NCBI GenBank assembly: GCA_039630415.1
Contig: JBCNVB010000026.1
Span: forward strand, 15,341-79,340
Direction of reading: 5' to 3'
Source: a bacterium
GTDB taxonomy: Bacteria > DRYD01
Length of the DNA: 64,000 bases
The notes below the pieces were generated by a model. That model saw nothing but the letters and a program-made list of their open reading frames with translations, did not search any database and was not told the origin of the DNA. The position numbers and the translations under genes were made by a program. Shown here piece by piece: positions 47,618-57,609 of the stretch (position 1 is its first letter; every line of letters begins with the position of its first letter).

Positions 47618-48419
47618 TAAAGAATTTGAAAAAATGAAAAATGATTTAATAAGGTATATTCAATTTCACAGATTTGGTAGAAAAATACATTTAAATTGGT
47701 TTTACTGTTTATTTAGTTTTATTCTAGTTTTACTTGTGGATATTTTGCTATTCATTAATTACTATGAGAAAATTAATGAATTTTTTATTGATTTTTTTTC
47801 TAGATACTTTGATGAATTTAAGATTGAGCACTATTGTTTGAATATGATGGTGTATGAGATTGATTTCAATTATTTAGTTATTTTTTCAAGATACCCTAAC
47901 AATTATGATATTCTTTGGGCTGTTTTATTATGGGGTGGTGTTGGAATATTATTATTTTTATATAGAAAAAAAATATTACCATTCCTGTTATGGTATCTTA
48001 TGTTTTTTATTCCTCTGATTTTTTCTATCATTTATTTTACTTTTTTTAGCTCCTATTTCCCTTACACCACTTCTGATTTTTCAATTTTGTATTTTTTACT
48101 TCATTATGGAATAGTATTTTTTATGTTGTTACTTGTTAACTTTCTTATTTCATTGTTTACGATAGTTGGGTGGCAAGTAGTATTCAACTTATTTTTCTCA
48201 ATCTTTCTAATTTGGTATTCTGTTGTTTTTAGTTATTTGAGATACTTAATTTTTCTGCTAATTTTGAATAAATTTTCCTACTTGTATATGGCAAGTTTAT
48301 TTTTTACATTTGGTCCACTTTTGGATTTTGTCTATGTGGTGTCGTTTTATTCTGTATACTTATCTTATATTATGAAAATTATTTTTAAGGACAATACTTT
48401 ATGGAGGTTTTTACTGTAG
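47607..48419 (+). CDS. Polytopic membrane protein of unknown function
   Basis: About six hydrophobic segments; overlaps both neighbours in the cluster. Confidence 0.65.
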   Translation: MSYDKEFEKMKNDLIRYIQFHRFGRKIHLNWFYCLFSFILVLLVDILLFINYYEKINEFFIDFFSRYFDEFKIEHYCLNMMVYEIDFNYLVIFSRYPNNYDILWAVLLWGGVGILLFLYRKKILPFLLWYLMFFIPLIFSIIYFTFFSSYFPYTTSDFSILYFLLHYGIVFFMLLLVNFLISLFTIVGWQVVFNLFFSIFLIWYSVVFSYLRYLIFLLILNKFSYLYMASLFFTFGPLLDFVYVVSFYSVYLSYIMKIIFKDNTLWRFLL

Positions 48420-49666
48420 AGGGTGTTAAAATTGCTATAAAAGGTTACTTAGTATTTTTAATGATTGTATTGAGTATATATTCTCTAAGACACATTATAT
48501 TCACTTTAAATAGGGTTTTTTCTAGTCAAAGGTTATACTATCAGGATATAATCGATAGCGATTTACCTATGGTAAGTGTACTAATACCTATGCACAATGA
48601 AGAAAAAGTTGTGCATAATATAGTCAGATCATTAATAAATTCTGACTATCCTGCAGATAGGCTAGAAATAATACTAATCAATGATCATTCTGATGATAGT
48701 ACAGGTCAGATATTGGATGAATATGCTAAAAAGTATAGTTTTGTTAAGCCATATCATAGGTATAGTGGTAATAGAGGAAAGCAGAATGCTCTTAATGACG
48801 CAGTTGAGCTGGCAAAGGGGGATATAATAGTAGTCTATGATGCTGACTATATAGTTCCACGTTCACAGATAAAAGATATGGTAAAGTTTTTTATGGATCC
48901 GGAAGTAGGAGCTGTTATGGGTAGAGTAGTACCAATTAACTACGGAACTAATTTTTTAACGATGATGCTTGATTTGGAAAGATCAGCTGGTTATCAGGTA
49001 GATCAGCAAGCAAGGTATAATTTAAATTTAATTCCTCAATATGGTGGTACTGTGGGGGCTTTTAGAAAAGATGTATTTATTAAACTAGGTAAATTTGATC
49101 CTAATATTTTGGCTGAGGATACAGAGTTAACAATCAAGATGTATTTAAATGGTTATAAAGTAGCATATGCAAATAGATTAGAATGTTACGAAGAATCTCC
49201 TGAAAACTGGTATGTTCGTGCAAAGCAAATAAGAAGATGGTCAAGGGGGCATAATCAAGTGTTATTTAAGTATTTATTTAAGGTTATAACTTCTAAAAAA
49301 CTAAACTTTATTCAGAAATTTGATGGAGTCTTATTGCTATGCGTATATGTTATTCCTTTTTTAACTTTTTTGGGTTTTGTTGGATCTTTGTTACTATTCT
49401 TTTTGGGGGATATGGTTTTATTTGCTTCTTCACTATTTTTGTTGATGATTTTTGCTTATAATTCGTACGGTAATTTTGCACCTTTTTTCCAGATTGCTAC
49501 TGCAGCATTTTTGGATAACAGAATTTACTCGGTTAGGATTCTCCCTCTTTTTTACTTCATCTTTGTCTTCAACATTTTCTATGCTACCCTAGGATTTATT
49601 GATTCTATTTTTGATTTGATATCAAAAAGAAAGGTTTACTGGGATAAAACAGAAAGATTTAGGTAA
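48401..49666 (+). CDS. Processive GT2 glycosyltransferase (cellulose/PNAG synthase-like)
   Basis: PMHNEE, NDHSDD, GKQNALN, YDAD, AEDTE, QIRRW, C-terminal TM helices and WDKTER tail. Confidence 0.9.
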   Translation: MEVFTVEGVKIAIKGYLVFLMIVLSIYSLRHIIFTLNRVFSSQRLYYQDIIDSDLPMVSVLIPMHNEEKVVHNIVRSLINSDYPADRLEIILINDHSDDSTGQILDEYAKKYSFVKPYHRYSGNRGKQNALNDAVELAKGDIIVVYDADYIVPRSQIKDMVKFFMDPEVGAVMGRVVPINYGTNFLTMMLDLERSAGYQVDQQARYNLNLIPQYGGTVGAFRKDVFIKLGKFDPNILAEDTELTIKMYLNGYKVAYANRLECYEESPENWYVRAKQIRRWSRGHNQVLFKYLFKVITSKKLNFIQKFDGVLLLCVYVIPFLTFLGFVGSLLLFFLGDMVLFASSLFLLMIFAYNSYGNFAPFFQIATAAFLDNRIYSVRILPLFYFIFVFNIFYATLGFIDSIFDLISKRKVYWDKTERFR

Positions 49667-50695
49667 ATGGAATATAATATTATGTATTTGTTTGGTGGTA
49701 ATGTATTTTACAAATTAAGTTTAGAGGTGATGATTCTTTTGTTTTTTGTGCTTTTGATAGCTCCAATTTTTTTCCCTATCTATGAGTTGTTTAGGAAGAG
49801 GGACAAAAATTTAGATGTTGATATTTTACATACAAGGGATCCGGCTTTTTTAGGGAATAGTTACATAAAAGTCATAAGTTGTACTATATCTAAGTATTTC
49901 AATAATATAACCTCCATAGATGATTTTAAAAAACTAGATAGTGAACTGTTTTTTGAGATGGATTTTTGCTTTGATAAAGGTAAAGATAAGGTTTTAATAA
50001 CTAAAGATTTCAATCATTCGGGTTATAGGAAAGATTCTAGGATAGATTTTGTTGTTATAAATACAATGGATTTGGAATTGAGGGAGCAATTTTTCTTCAA
50101 AAAAGAATTAATAGTTGTTGGAAATTTGATAATAAATGAGAAATGTTTCTTTAATAATCTAATTGTCTTAGGTGATGTATTCATTAATTTTCCCGTAGAT
50201 ATATTAAATTTTTTACATGTTAATGGAGAAATAGAAGTAAGCTCTAGATTAAATGTTGGTCGGAGTATTTACTGTTCAAAAAGGATGGTTGTAAATTCTA
50301 CTGTTTCCTCTATGAAAATATTTTGTCCGGAATTAATATGCAAGAAGAATTTTCATGTTGAGGAGAAATATCAGCATGTAGATGTAGATGAAAATAAAAT
50401 AATACAAATTTCCGGTAATATAAAGAAAAACGACAATTTTATTATTGATTCAAAAGGAAAATATGTTATAATACATGGTAGTGTGGTATGTGAAAAGGAT
50501 ATAACTTTAGTAGGTAATGTTTGGGTTAAAGATAATTTATTTTCTCAAGGTAATATAAGTATTTCAGATGGTGTTGTAGTTGGTACAGGAGGTAAAATAA
50601 AGTCTGTTGTTGCAAGAAAGTTTATAAATATATCTGGTATCTGTAAGTTTTATGGTTATATACATTCTGAAAGGAAAGTATTTATTAATCCTTAA
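49667..50695 (+). CDS. Membrane-anchored hypothetical protein with beta-helix-like repeats
   Basis: N-terminal TM helix; repeated motifs IVVGNLII, IVLGDVFI, HVNGEIEV, IIHGSVV, FSQGNISI. Confidence 0.55.
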   Translation: MEYNIMYLFGGNVFYKLSLEVMILLFFVLLIAPIFFPIYELFRKRDKNLDVDILHTRDPAFLGNSYIKVISCTISKYFNNITSIDDFKKLDSELFFEMDFCFDKGKDKVLITKDFNHSGYRKDSRIDFVVINTMDLELREQFFFKKELIVVGNLIINEKCFFNNLIVLGDVFINFPVDILNFLHVNGEIEVSSRLNVGRSIYCSKRMVVNSTVSSMKIFCPELICKKNFHVEEKYQHVDVDENKIIQISGNIKKNDNFIIDSKGKYVIIHGSVVCEKDITLVGNVWVKDNLFSQGNISISDGVVVGTGGKIKSVVARKFINISGICKFYGYIHSERKVFINP

Positions 50696-50705
50696 GATTA
50701 AGATA

Positions 50706-52511
50706 ATGATTATCTTTCTATTTTTAATGCTTTTTTGTTTGGATTGGGTTTTTTGTAGTAGTGTATATAGGCCTATAGTTGTTATATATAATCCTGATTT
50801 ATATGATAGATATAAAACTAGATTATTTGCTTTTAAACAAGCTTTAAAGGAAGAAGGAGTAAACTTCGAGGTATTGAGTATATACAAAATTTTAAGTGAT
50901 AATTCGTTATTGCTTAAAAATAAATCTCTCAAAGGCTTAATCTTTCCGGATGGTATTAATCAATATGTACCTGATGAAATGTATTTTATTGTTAAGAGAT
51001 TATTGAATGGGGGTGTAAATATTTTTATATCTTATGATGCTGGAGTAAAAACGAAAAACAATAGATATTTAAGGAAGTCTGTTTTTTCAGATCTTCTAAA
51101 GATTAATTATATTACGTATGAAGATTATGGGGAGGGATGTTACTTAATTGATCAGATTGAAATTCTTGATCCGAAATTTTTGGGTTTTCCTGAGTATAAG
51201 CTAGATAGAGGGTTAATAGTCGGATACAAATATCCTATAAAGAAGTATTATGCTTCTAGAGCTAACATAGAGGAAAATAGTTTTACTGTTTTAGCAAGAA
51301 CTAAAGAGCACAAAATACCTTTTATCGTGATTAAAAATTTCGGTAAAGGTAATATATACTATGTTAATACTCCGTTAGGATATCTAAAAGCAAATTCTGA
51401 TGATCTTATTTTAAGAATTAACTTGAGAGCTTTTTTGTATCGTGTATGCAAGGTTAATCATATTTTGAATTTATACAATGGTATTCCTACGATTATTATT
51501 AATTATCACGTAGATGCAAATTCTGATTGGAAAGCCATAGAATTTCTTTATTCGAATAATTATTTAAGAAGATCAATAAGGAGTTCTTTTCACATCACAG
51601 CAGGTGATTTCAGGGACAAAGAAGGTGATAAATTAGGTTTTGATGCTTGTGGTAAGGGGAGAAATTATGTTAAACTATTGTCTAAGTTTGGTGAAATAGG
51701 TTCACATGGTGGTTGGGCTCATAATTATTTTTCATATACTATTCTTTATCATCCAGAAAAGGTAAATTTGAGTCAATTTATTACGGAGAATATCAAAAAG
51801 AATAATCGGTGTTTGGAGAGTATAGTTGGTTATAGGATCGTAGAATACTCTGCTCCTAATGGTATATATCCACAACCTATAAATACTAAAGTTTTAGAGA
51901 TGTTAGGTATGATTTGTTACTATTATGTAGGTGACTTATGGAGTCAGCCTAATCTAACTTTCTTTGATAACCAAATGGTTTCTGACAAAGTCCTTGCTTT
52001 TCCAGTTATTTCTTATAAAACTATTGTATCTTTAGGTGAAATGAGTAAAAGAAAAGTAAGTAATTCTGAAGTTAGACGATTTTTAAGATATATCCTGGAT
52101 TATGTTACTGATTATGATACGGTTAGGTTGTATTATACACACCCTTATGATATTTTGGTTTACCCTAGGGAATATTACTATTTCATAGATTATCTTGATA
52201 AATTAGTTTCAAATAGGGTTATACAAATTCAGACTATGAAAGAGTATACAGAATTTTTCTTTAGGTTTCTTAAAACACGTTATGATATTATTGATTACGA
52301 TAATTATACTTTAATTACTTTAGAAAATCCTATTTCTCTTAAGGGTATTACTTTAAGGATATGTGAGGAGCGGGCAGAAATTTTTACTTTTAATCGTAAT
52401 TACTTTTGTAAAAAAGGGATTGAATATAGACATAAAGGTGGAAATTTATACTTAACTGTTACATCTGATAAGAAGTATGTACAGTTTATATTAAGAAAAA
52501 AGCAAAAATAG
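50706..52511 (+). CDS. Exported polysaccharide deacetylase (CE4/NodB-like)
   Basis: Signal-like N-terminus, HVDA, EIGSHGGWAH, YSAPNG, YTHPYD. Longest ORF starts at 50652. Confidence 0.75.
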   Translation: MIIFLFLMLFCLDWVFCSSVYRPIVVIYNPDLYDRYKTRLFAFKQALKEEGVNFEVLSIYKILSDNSLLLKNKSLKGLIFPDGINQYVPDEMYFIVKRLLNGGVNIFISYDAGVKTKNNRYLRKSVFSDLLKINYITYEDYGEGCYLIDQIEILDPKFLGFPEYKLDRGLIVGYKYPIKKYYASRANIEENSFTVLARTKEHKIPFIVIKNFGKGNIYYVNTPLGYLKANSDDLILRINLRAFLYRVCKVNHILNLYNGIPTIIINYHVDANSDWKAIEFLYSNNYLRRSIRSSFHITAGDFRDKEGDKLGFDACGKGRNYVKLLSKFGEIGSHGGWAHNYFSYTILYHPEKVNLSQFITENIKKNNRCLESIVGYRIVEYSAPNGIYPQPINTKVLEMLGMICYYYVGDLWSQPNLTFFDNQMVSDKVLAFPVISYKTIVSLGEMSKRKVSNSEVRRFLRYILDYVTDYDTVRLYYTHPYDILVYPREYYYFIDYLDKLVSNRVIQIQTMKEYTEFFFRFLKTRYDIIDYDNYTLITLENPISLKGITLRICEERAEIFTFNRNYFCKKGIEYRHKGGNLYLTVTSDKKYVQFILRKKQK

Positions 52512-52544
52512 CTACCTATTTTTCAGGTAGGATTTTGTCAAAGA

Positions 52545-53429
52545 ATGAGTAAATTTATTAGTATGAAATACGTCAAACATACTAAATTTCTAATAGCTTT
52601 CTTAGTATGCTTATTTTTCATACTATTATTCTCGAATCGTAATTCTTTATCTAGTGATGAGGAGGTACTTTATTTTAGGTCAGTCATGGAATTAGTAATA
52701 TTAGTTGCTAGGGTTGAGTTTTATTTAAATAACTACATTGCTGAAGATGCTTGGAGAGTGGATTTTGTACATCCAACTACTGGTTTTATTTACAATTCAC
52801 ATATAACAAGATATGATAGAATGAATAATGTCACGGTAAGCTATACAATTTATCATGAGAAGAAGAATTACTATATGAAGAAATATGAAGGAAATGCTTT
52901 ATATAGTTTGTGGGGTAATACAACAAAGGGAAATTATCAGAATAAAAGTGATACTAATCGATCTGAATCAAAATCGTATGAGTATAGGCTAAAAAAATAT
53001 GATAAAGTTTATGTTAGGATAAATGATAAAAGAGTAGATGCTTTGCAACTTGTCGTGCATAAAGTTAGTAATAAGAACAGGGAAGAAGAGGGTATGTATG
53101 TAATACAGATGATAAATTATGGTGATTTAGTTAATGCCATTACGTATAAAGCTATGAGAAGACTGCAAAAATACATAGGTGATTTAAGGATAGATTTTTC
53201 AGCTATTAGTAATGTTCAGGATGACAAATTAGATGATATGGATGATATTTCATTGATTACGAAAAAAGCTGTTTCTATATTACTAAAACAGAGAAAGGAC
53301 TTTGTTTATTCTTTGGGGTATATAACTGGCGGAGCAGGATTTGTTTTTTATTTGATAGATAGGACTGATTTTGTCAGTTATGATCCGGCCTTATTTTCTG
53401 TTCCTAAGGGTTATACATTAGTAAAGTGA
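52545..53429 (+). CDS. Hypothetical exported protein
   Basis: 294-aa ORF with N-terminal hydrophobic segment; no recognised motif. Confidence 0.55.
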   Translation: MSKFISMKYVKHTKFLIAFLVCLFFILLFSNRNSLSSDEEVLYFRSVMELVILVARVEFYLNNYIAEDAWRVDFVHPTTGFIYNSHITRYDRMNNVTVSYTIYHEKKNYYMKKYEGNALYSLWGNTTKGNYQNKSDTNRSESKSYEYRLKKYDKVYVRINDKRVDALQLVVHKVSNKNREEEGMYVIQMINYGDLVNAITYKAMRRLQKYIGDLRIDFSAISNVQDDKLDDMDDISLITKKAVSILLKQRKDFVYSLGYITGGAGFVFYLIDRTDFVSYDPALFSVPKGYTLVK

Positions 53430-53595
53430 TTTTTTGATTAGTTCTTTTGTCTATTAAGTTGAGTTTATGAGTAGAAAAATTTTTAAATTACCTTTATAAA
53501 CTTTTTTTATATAAACTTTTGAACTAAAAACTAAATGTAAAAATGAAGGATTACTTAACGTTAGTGTATAAAAATATAATTAGGAGGTGGTATAA

Positions 53596-55398
53596 ATGCC
53601 AAAAGCAGTGGGTATAGATTTGGGAACTACAAATTCAGTAATAGCTTACAAAGATAGTTCAGGTAATGTTGTAGTTATTCCAAACGCTGAAGGATCAAGA
53701 TTGACTCCTTCTGTAGTGGCTTTCAAGGGTAACGAGTTAATAGTTGGTGAGCATGCTAAAAGACAAGCAATCCTTAATCCTGAAAATACGGTAATATCGA
53801 TAAAGAGGAAAATGGGTTCAGACTATAAGGTTAGAATAGAAAACAAAGAATATACACCTGAACAAATATCTGCATTTATATTGCAAAAACTCAAGAGGGA
53901 TGCGGAAGCTTACTTAGGTGAGCCTATTCAAGATGCAGTTATTACTGTACCTGCTTACTTTAACAATCCCCAAAGAGAGGCTACTAAAAATGCTGGTATT
54001 ATTGCTGGTTTAAATGTTTTGAGGATAATAAATGAACCCACTGCAGCAGCACTGGCTTATGGATTAGATAAACAAGATCAAGTACTAACAGTACTGGTAT
54101 TTGACCTAGGTGGAGGAACTTTTGACGTATCAGTTCTTGAAATTGGTCAAGGTGTATTTCAAGTAAAAGCTACTGCTGGTGATAATCATCTAGGTGGGGA
54201 TGATTGGGATCATAAAATAATTGAATGGATATTGGAAGAGTTTAATAAAGAACATGGAATTGATCTAAGAAAGGAAAAATCCTCTATGCAGAGGATAAGA
54301 GAAGCAGCAGAGAATGCTAAAAAAGAATTATCTATAAAACTGGAAACTGAAATTAATCTACCTTACATATATGCGGATGAACGTGGACCTAAGCATATTC
54401 AACTTAGACTAACGAGATCTAGATTTGAGGAGATGACTAAAGATCTAATGAAGAGATTAGAAGAACCTTGCAGAAGAGTACTAGATGATCTAAAAATTAG
54501 TCCTGACAAAATAGATAAGGTTCTCTTGGTTGGAGGATCTACCAGGATGCCCATGGTGCAGGATTTTGTTAGAAGATTCTTTGGAAAAGAGCCTGCAAAG
54601 GATATAAACCCGGACGAAGCTGTAGCTATAGGGGCTGCTATTCAGGCTTCTATTATAAAGGGAGAAACCAAGGATATTGTTTTGGTTGATATTACTCCTT
54701 TATCTTTGGGTGTGGAAGTTATGGGTGGTATGACTCATGTGTTAATTCCAAGAAATACGCCTATACCTACTCAAAAGTCTGAAGTATTTACAACTGCCGC
54801 AGATTTCCAAACAAGTGTAGAAGTTCATGTTTTACAGGGAGAAAGAACAATGGCAAAAGATAACATATCATTAGGTAAGTTTATTCTTTCTGATATACCT
54901 CCTGCTCCAAGAGGAATACCACAAATAGAAGTTACGTTTGAAATAGATGCAAACGGCATATTAAATGTTACAGCAAAGGATAAATCTACTAATAGATCTC
55001 AAAAGATTACTATTACTGGTGCTACTAAGTTGTCAAAAGAAGATATAGATAGGATGATAAAGGATGCTCAAAAATATGCTGAACAAGACCGAAGAAATAG
55101 AGAATTAGTAGAGGCAAGAAATAGGTTAGACCATATTGTATACTTATCAGAAAAGGCTATAAGAGAATATCCAAATGTTGATCCTTCACTAAAAGCTGAA
55201 CTAGAAAGAGAAGTTGAAGAGTCTAAGAAAGTGATGAATTCTGAAGATATATCTATAATTAATAGGCAGTATGATAAACTTCAAATGGTACTTTCTAGGT
55301 TTACTCAAACAGCTTATGCTGGTGCTACAGCAAGTACTTCCTCTCAGGGGCATAATACTTCTGAAGCTTCTGCACAAAACTACAAAATAGAAGATTAA
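53596..55398 (+). CDS. dnaK: Molecular chaperone DnaK
   Basis: GIDLGTTNS, TVPAYFN, RIINEPTAAALAYG, DLGGGTFDVS, LVGGSTRMP, NPDEAVAIGAA, GIPQIEVTF; AGGAGG RBS. Confidence 0.97.
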   Translation: MPKAVGIDLGTTNSVIAYKDSSGNVVVIPNAEGSRLTPSVVAFKGNELIVGEHAKRQAILNPENTVISIKRKMGSDYKVRIENKEYTPEQISAFILQKLKRDAEAYLGEPIQDAVITVPAYFNNPQREATKNAGIIAGLNVLRIINEPTAAALAYGLDKQDQVLTVLVFDLGGGTFDVSVLEIGQGVFQVKATAGDNHLGGDDWDHKIIEWILEEFNKEHGIDLRKEKSSMQRIREAAENAKKELSIKLETEINLPYIYADERGPKHIQLRLTRSRFEEMTKDLMKRLEEPCRRVLDDLKISPDKIDKVLLVGGSTRMPMVQDFVRRFFGKEPAKDINPDEAVAIGAAIQASIIKGETKDIVLVDITPLSLGVEVMGGMTHVLIPRNTPIPTQKSEVFTTAADFQTSVEVHVLQGERTMAKDNISLGKFILSDIPPAPRGIPQIEVTFEIDANGILNVTAKDKSTNRSQKITITGATKLSKEDIDRMIKDAQKYAEQDRRNRELVEARNRLDHIVYLSEKAIREYPNVDPSLKAELEREVEESKKVMNSEDISIINRQYDKLQMVLSRFTQTAYAGATASTSSQGHNTSEASAQNYKIED

Positions 55399-55405
55399 CA
55401 AAATA

Positions 55406-57316
55406 CTATACATATAAAGAAAGAGTTTGGATTTGATTTTCAATGGGGGGGATTCTTTCCTCCCCATAAAATATTGACCCGGAAAATATCGAGAAAATAA
55501 TGTTAATCGTAAAAACATTAACTGGAGCTGTTAGTAAATATATGCTACTTAAACTCTTTAGATCTACATTGTAACTTATACAGTCATAAATTATTACACT
55601 TGAATTGTTTTCAGGGGATAATAACTTTAGGTAAGCAAATTTATCTTCAAACTCGAATACTATTTTATGTTGTTCAGGTCTATTTTTTAGATATTCGCAA
55701 ATATCGTTATATTTATGCGAGTGTTTTTTTCTAGTTGTGTTTATATACTCTGTTATAAAGGAAAATGTTAGTAGATATTTATCTATTGGTTCTGAGTTTT
55801 TAGTTAAATCTAGATATAATTCAGTTAGGTTTTGTATCTTTGTACCAATAAGGGTTAGGGTATAATTTTCGTATATTGATGTGAAGAAAGAAATTATTTT
55901 GGCAATATCTGATATATTATACATCAATGTTTCTTTATGTTTTGGCAAATTTAGAACTATTAATAATTTTTCGTGTTTTCTACTATTGTTTTGGTAATAG
56001 GTTTTTATTGATTTATTTAGTAGTTGTTTAAGCTTTAATTTATTACAGTTTGAGTTATATAAGGAAAAATCTATATTTGATAATTGGGTGGAGATGAGAC
56101 TTTCTACTTTTGTTAGGTAATTTATAATTGTTATTATTTGCTGTATTTTTGAGTAGTTTATATTGTAATCAATTATGATTGTGCTAAGGTCAATTGCATT
56201 TAGAACAAGGTCTGTTGCAAAATTGTCTATTAATTCTCTAGTTATTGATTTTAGTTGCTCATTTTTTAAATTATTATGGATATTTATTATTTCTTTTTTC
56301 GACAGTGAGAAAATAGGTATGTAGAAATCAAAAATATTTACGAATCTATTTAGTTTTTGTATGTTGGATATGATATCATTTAATCTATTTTCTAAGGCTT
56401 TAAATATTTCAGGGTTATCTATATTGAATTTTTTTACATTTCTTATAAGAGTTTGAATAGGTATGTGGGATATTTTATTTGCTATTGCTTGATCGTTACT
56501 AATTAGATCAGGTAAGTATTCTTGTGGTTTCAATTTTGATAGCTTAGTATCCTGAATTATGGATGAGTAAGTAAGGCAAAGAATATTATCCTTAGGTTTA
56601 GGGTGTAGAATTTTTATTAGATCTTTTAATTTTATGTTTCTGTTTAGGACTTTATGTTTTTTTAGAGTGAGAGGGGAGTATTTCTCGAGAATTTTTTTTA
56701 ATCTTTTTTTTACGAATGCTGGTATTTTTTTTATTGATGGTTTTTGTAAATTATGGATTTGATGTATATTTTGCCAGAATTCCAGAGTTTCTATTATTCT
56801 TCTTGGAGTATTTAAAACTTTTTCGTTTATGATGGAATTTAGTTTATTTCTTAGGAATTCTTTCTGTTTTTCAGTTAAATTTTCTTTTTGGTAAATATAT
56901 ATTAGGTAGGCTATTATTAAGCTTAAAATTGATTTTCTTCCGTAGTATAAGCAGATATTGAATATTTCGATCAATTCTTGAATAGAATTATGTAGTTCTT
57001 GATCTGAATTTGTATGAAGTTTTATTTTATCAATGAAATACTTGATATTAGTATGAATTGATCTATTGAAATTAATTGAAGTAATTAATTTTGCTATCTT
57101 ATAGTAAATATTGACCTTATTTATTTGAATTTGTTTATAATTAGGCTGTATTTTAGTTTGGGTAAGTTTATAAAGATAATAGAAAACTGTGGAACATATT
57201 AATATAATCACAAATAAAGGTTTATACTGTGGTGGTAGGATAAGAAAGCTTACTAACACAATTATTAGTATAACTCTAGTTGTAAGTGGTTTTAGGATAT
57301 TTGGGAAATACAACAT
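55406..57316 (-). CDS. TROVE (Ro60-like) domain protein with N-terminal transmembrane hairpin, divergent
   Basis: TPRRIIETLEFW...KKIPAFVKKRLKKILEKYSPLTLKKH...IKLKDLIKILHPKP and QTLIRNV match bacterial TROVE motifs. Two hydrophobic helices at the N-terminus; AAGGAGG RBS. Confidence 0.7.
   Translation of the reverse strand: MLYFPNILKPLTTRVILIIVLVSFLILPPQYKPLFVIILICSTVFYYLYKLTQTKIQPNYKQIQINKVNIYYKIAKLITSINFNRSIHTNIKYFIDKIKLHTNSDQELHNSIQELIEIFNICLYYGRKSILSLIIAYLIYIYQKENLTEKQKEFLRNKLNSIINEKVLNTPRRIIETLEFWQNIHQIHNLQKPSIKKIPAFVKKRLKKILEKYSPLTLKKHKVLNRNIKLKDLIKILHPKPKDNILCLTYSSIIQDTKLSKLKPQEYLPDLISNDQAIANKISHIPIQTLIRNVKKFNIDNPEIFKALENRLNDIISNIQKLNRFVNIFDFYIPIFSLSKKEIINIHNNLKNEQLKSITRELIDNFATDLVLNAIDLSTIIIDYNINYSKIQQIITIINYLTKVESLISTQLSNIDFSLYNSNCNKLKLKQLLNKSIKTYYQNNSRKHEKLLIVLNLPKHKETLMYNISDIAKIISFFTSIYENYTLTLIGTKIQNLTELYLDLTKNSEPIDKYLLTFSFITEYINTTRKKHSHKYNDICEYLKNRPEQHKIVFEFEDKFAYLKLLSPENNSSVIIYDCISYNVDLKSLSSIYLLTAPVNVFTINIIFSIFSGSIFYGEERIPPIENQIQTLSLYV
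55443..55467. terminator. Possible hairpin downstream of dnaK, inside the 3' end of the convergent gene
   Basis: ATGGGGGGGA-TTCTT-TCCTCCCCAT gives a 10-bp stem with one G:U on the + strand; no clear U-tract. Confidence 0.3.
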
Positions 57317-57415
57317 ATTTTAATCCCTCCTTACGTGTAGTAATTATGTGAATGTTTGAAAATTCTTAGATCTGATGAAATATTTATGACTTGGGAATCA
57401 GGTTGAGAAAATACG

Positions 57416-57495
57416 TAGGGGAATGGAGGAAGGATCAAATTGTTGAAGGTGCAATTCCTGACTTATGTAACCTTCAACTACATTCCTCCCTCCTA
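57416..57495 (-). ncRNA. Candidate Y-RNA (YrlA-like) stem-loop upstream of the TROVE gene
   Basis: Nested complementary blocks: TAGG 57416-19 / CCTA 57492-95; GGAGGAA 57425-31 / TTCCTCC 57483-89; GTTGAAGGT 57442-50 / ACCTTCAAC 57470-78. GC-rich relative to flanks; TAAAAT lies just upstream on the minus strand. Confidence 0.5.
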
Positions 57496-57609
57496 ACTTA
57501 TATTTTATAAATTTCAGTCAAAAATTCCTTGTAGTTGGAGGATTAAAAGTGCTTAATAACGAATTATAGATGTGTTAATCTTAAGCTGATATTTACAAGG
57601 AGTGGTAAC

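Noticed and set aside
53430-53595. Heat-shock operator (CIRCE or HAIR) upstream of dnaK
   Set aside because: Only a TTGAGT half-site and AT-rich TATAAACTTTT repeats; no complete inverted repeat.
57447-57459. T-arm-like AGG-TGCAATT-CCT on the + strand, suggesting a tRNA
   Set aside because: Only a 3-bp stem; no cloverleaf, anticodon arm or acceptor stem can be built.
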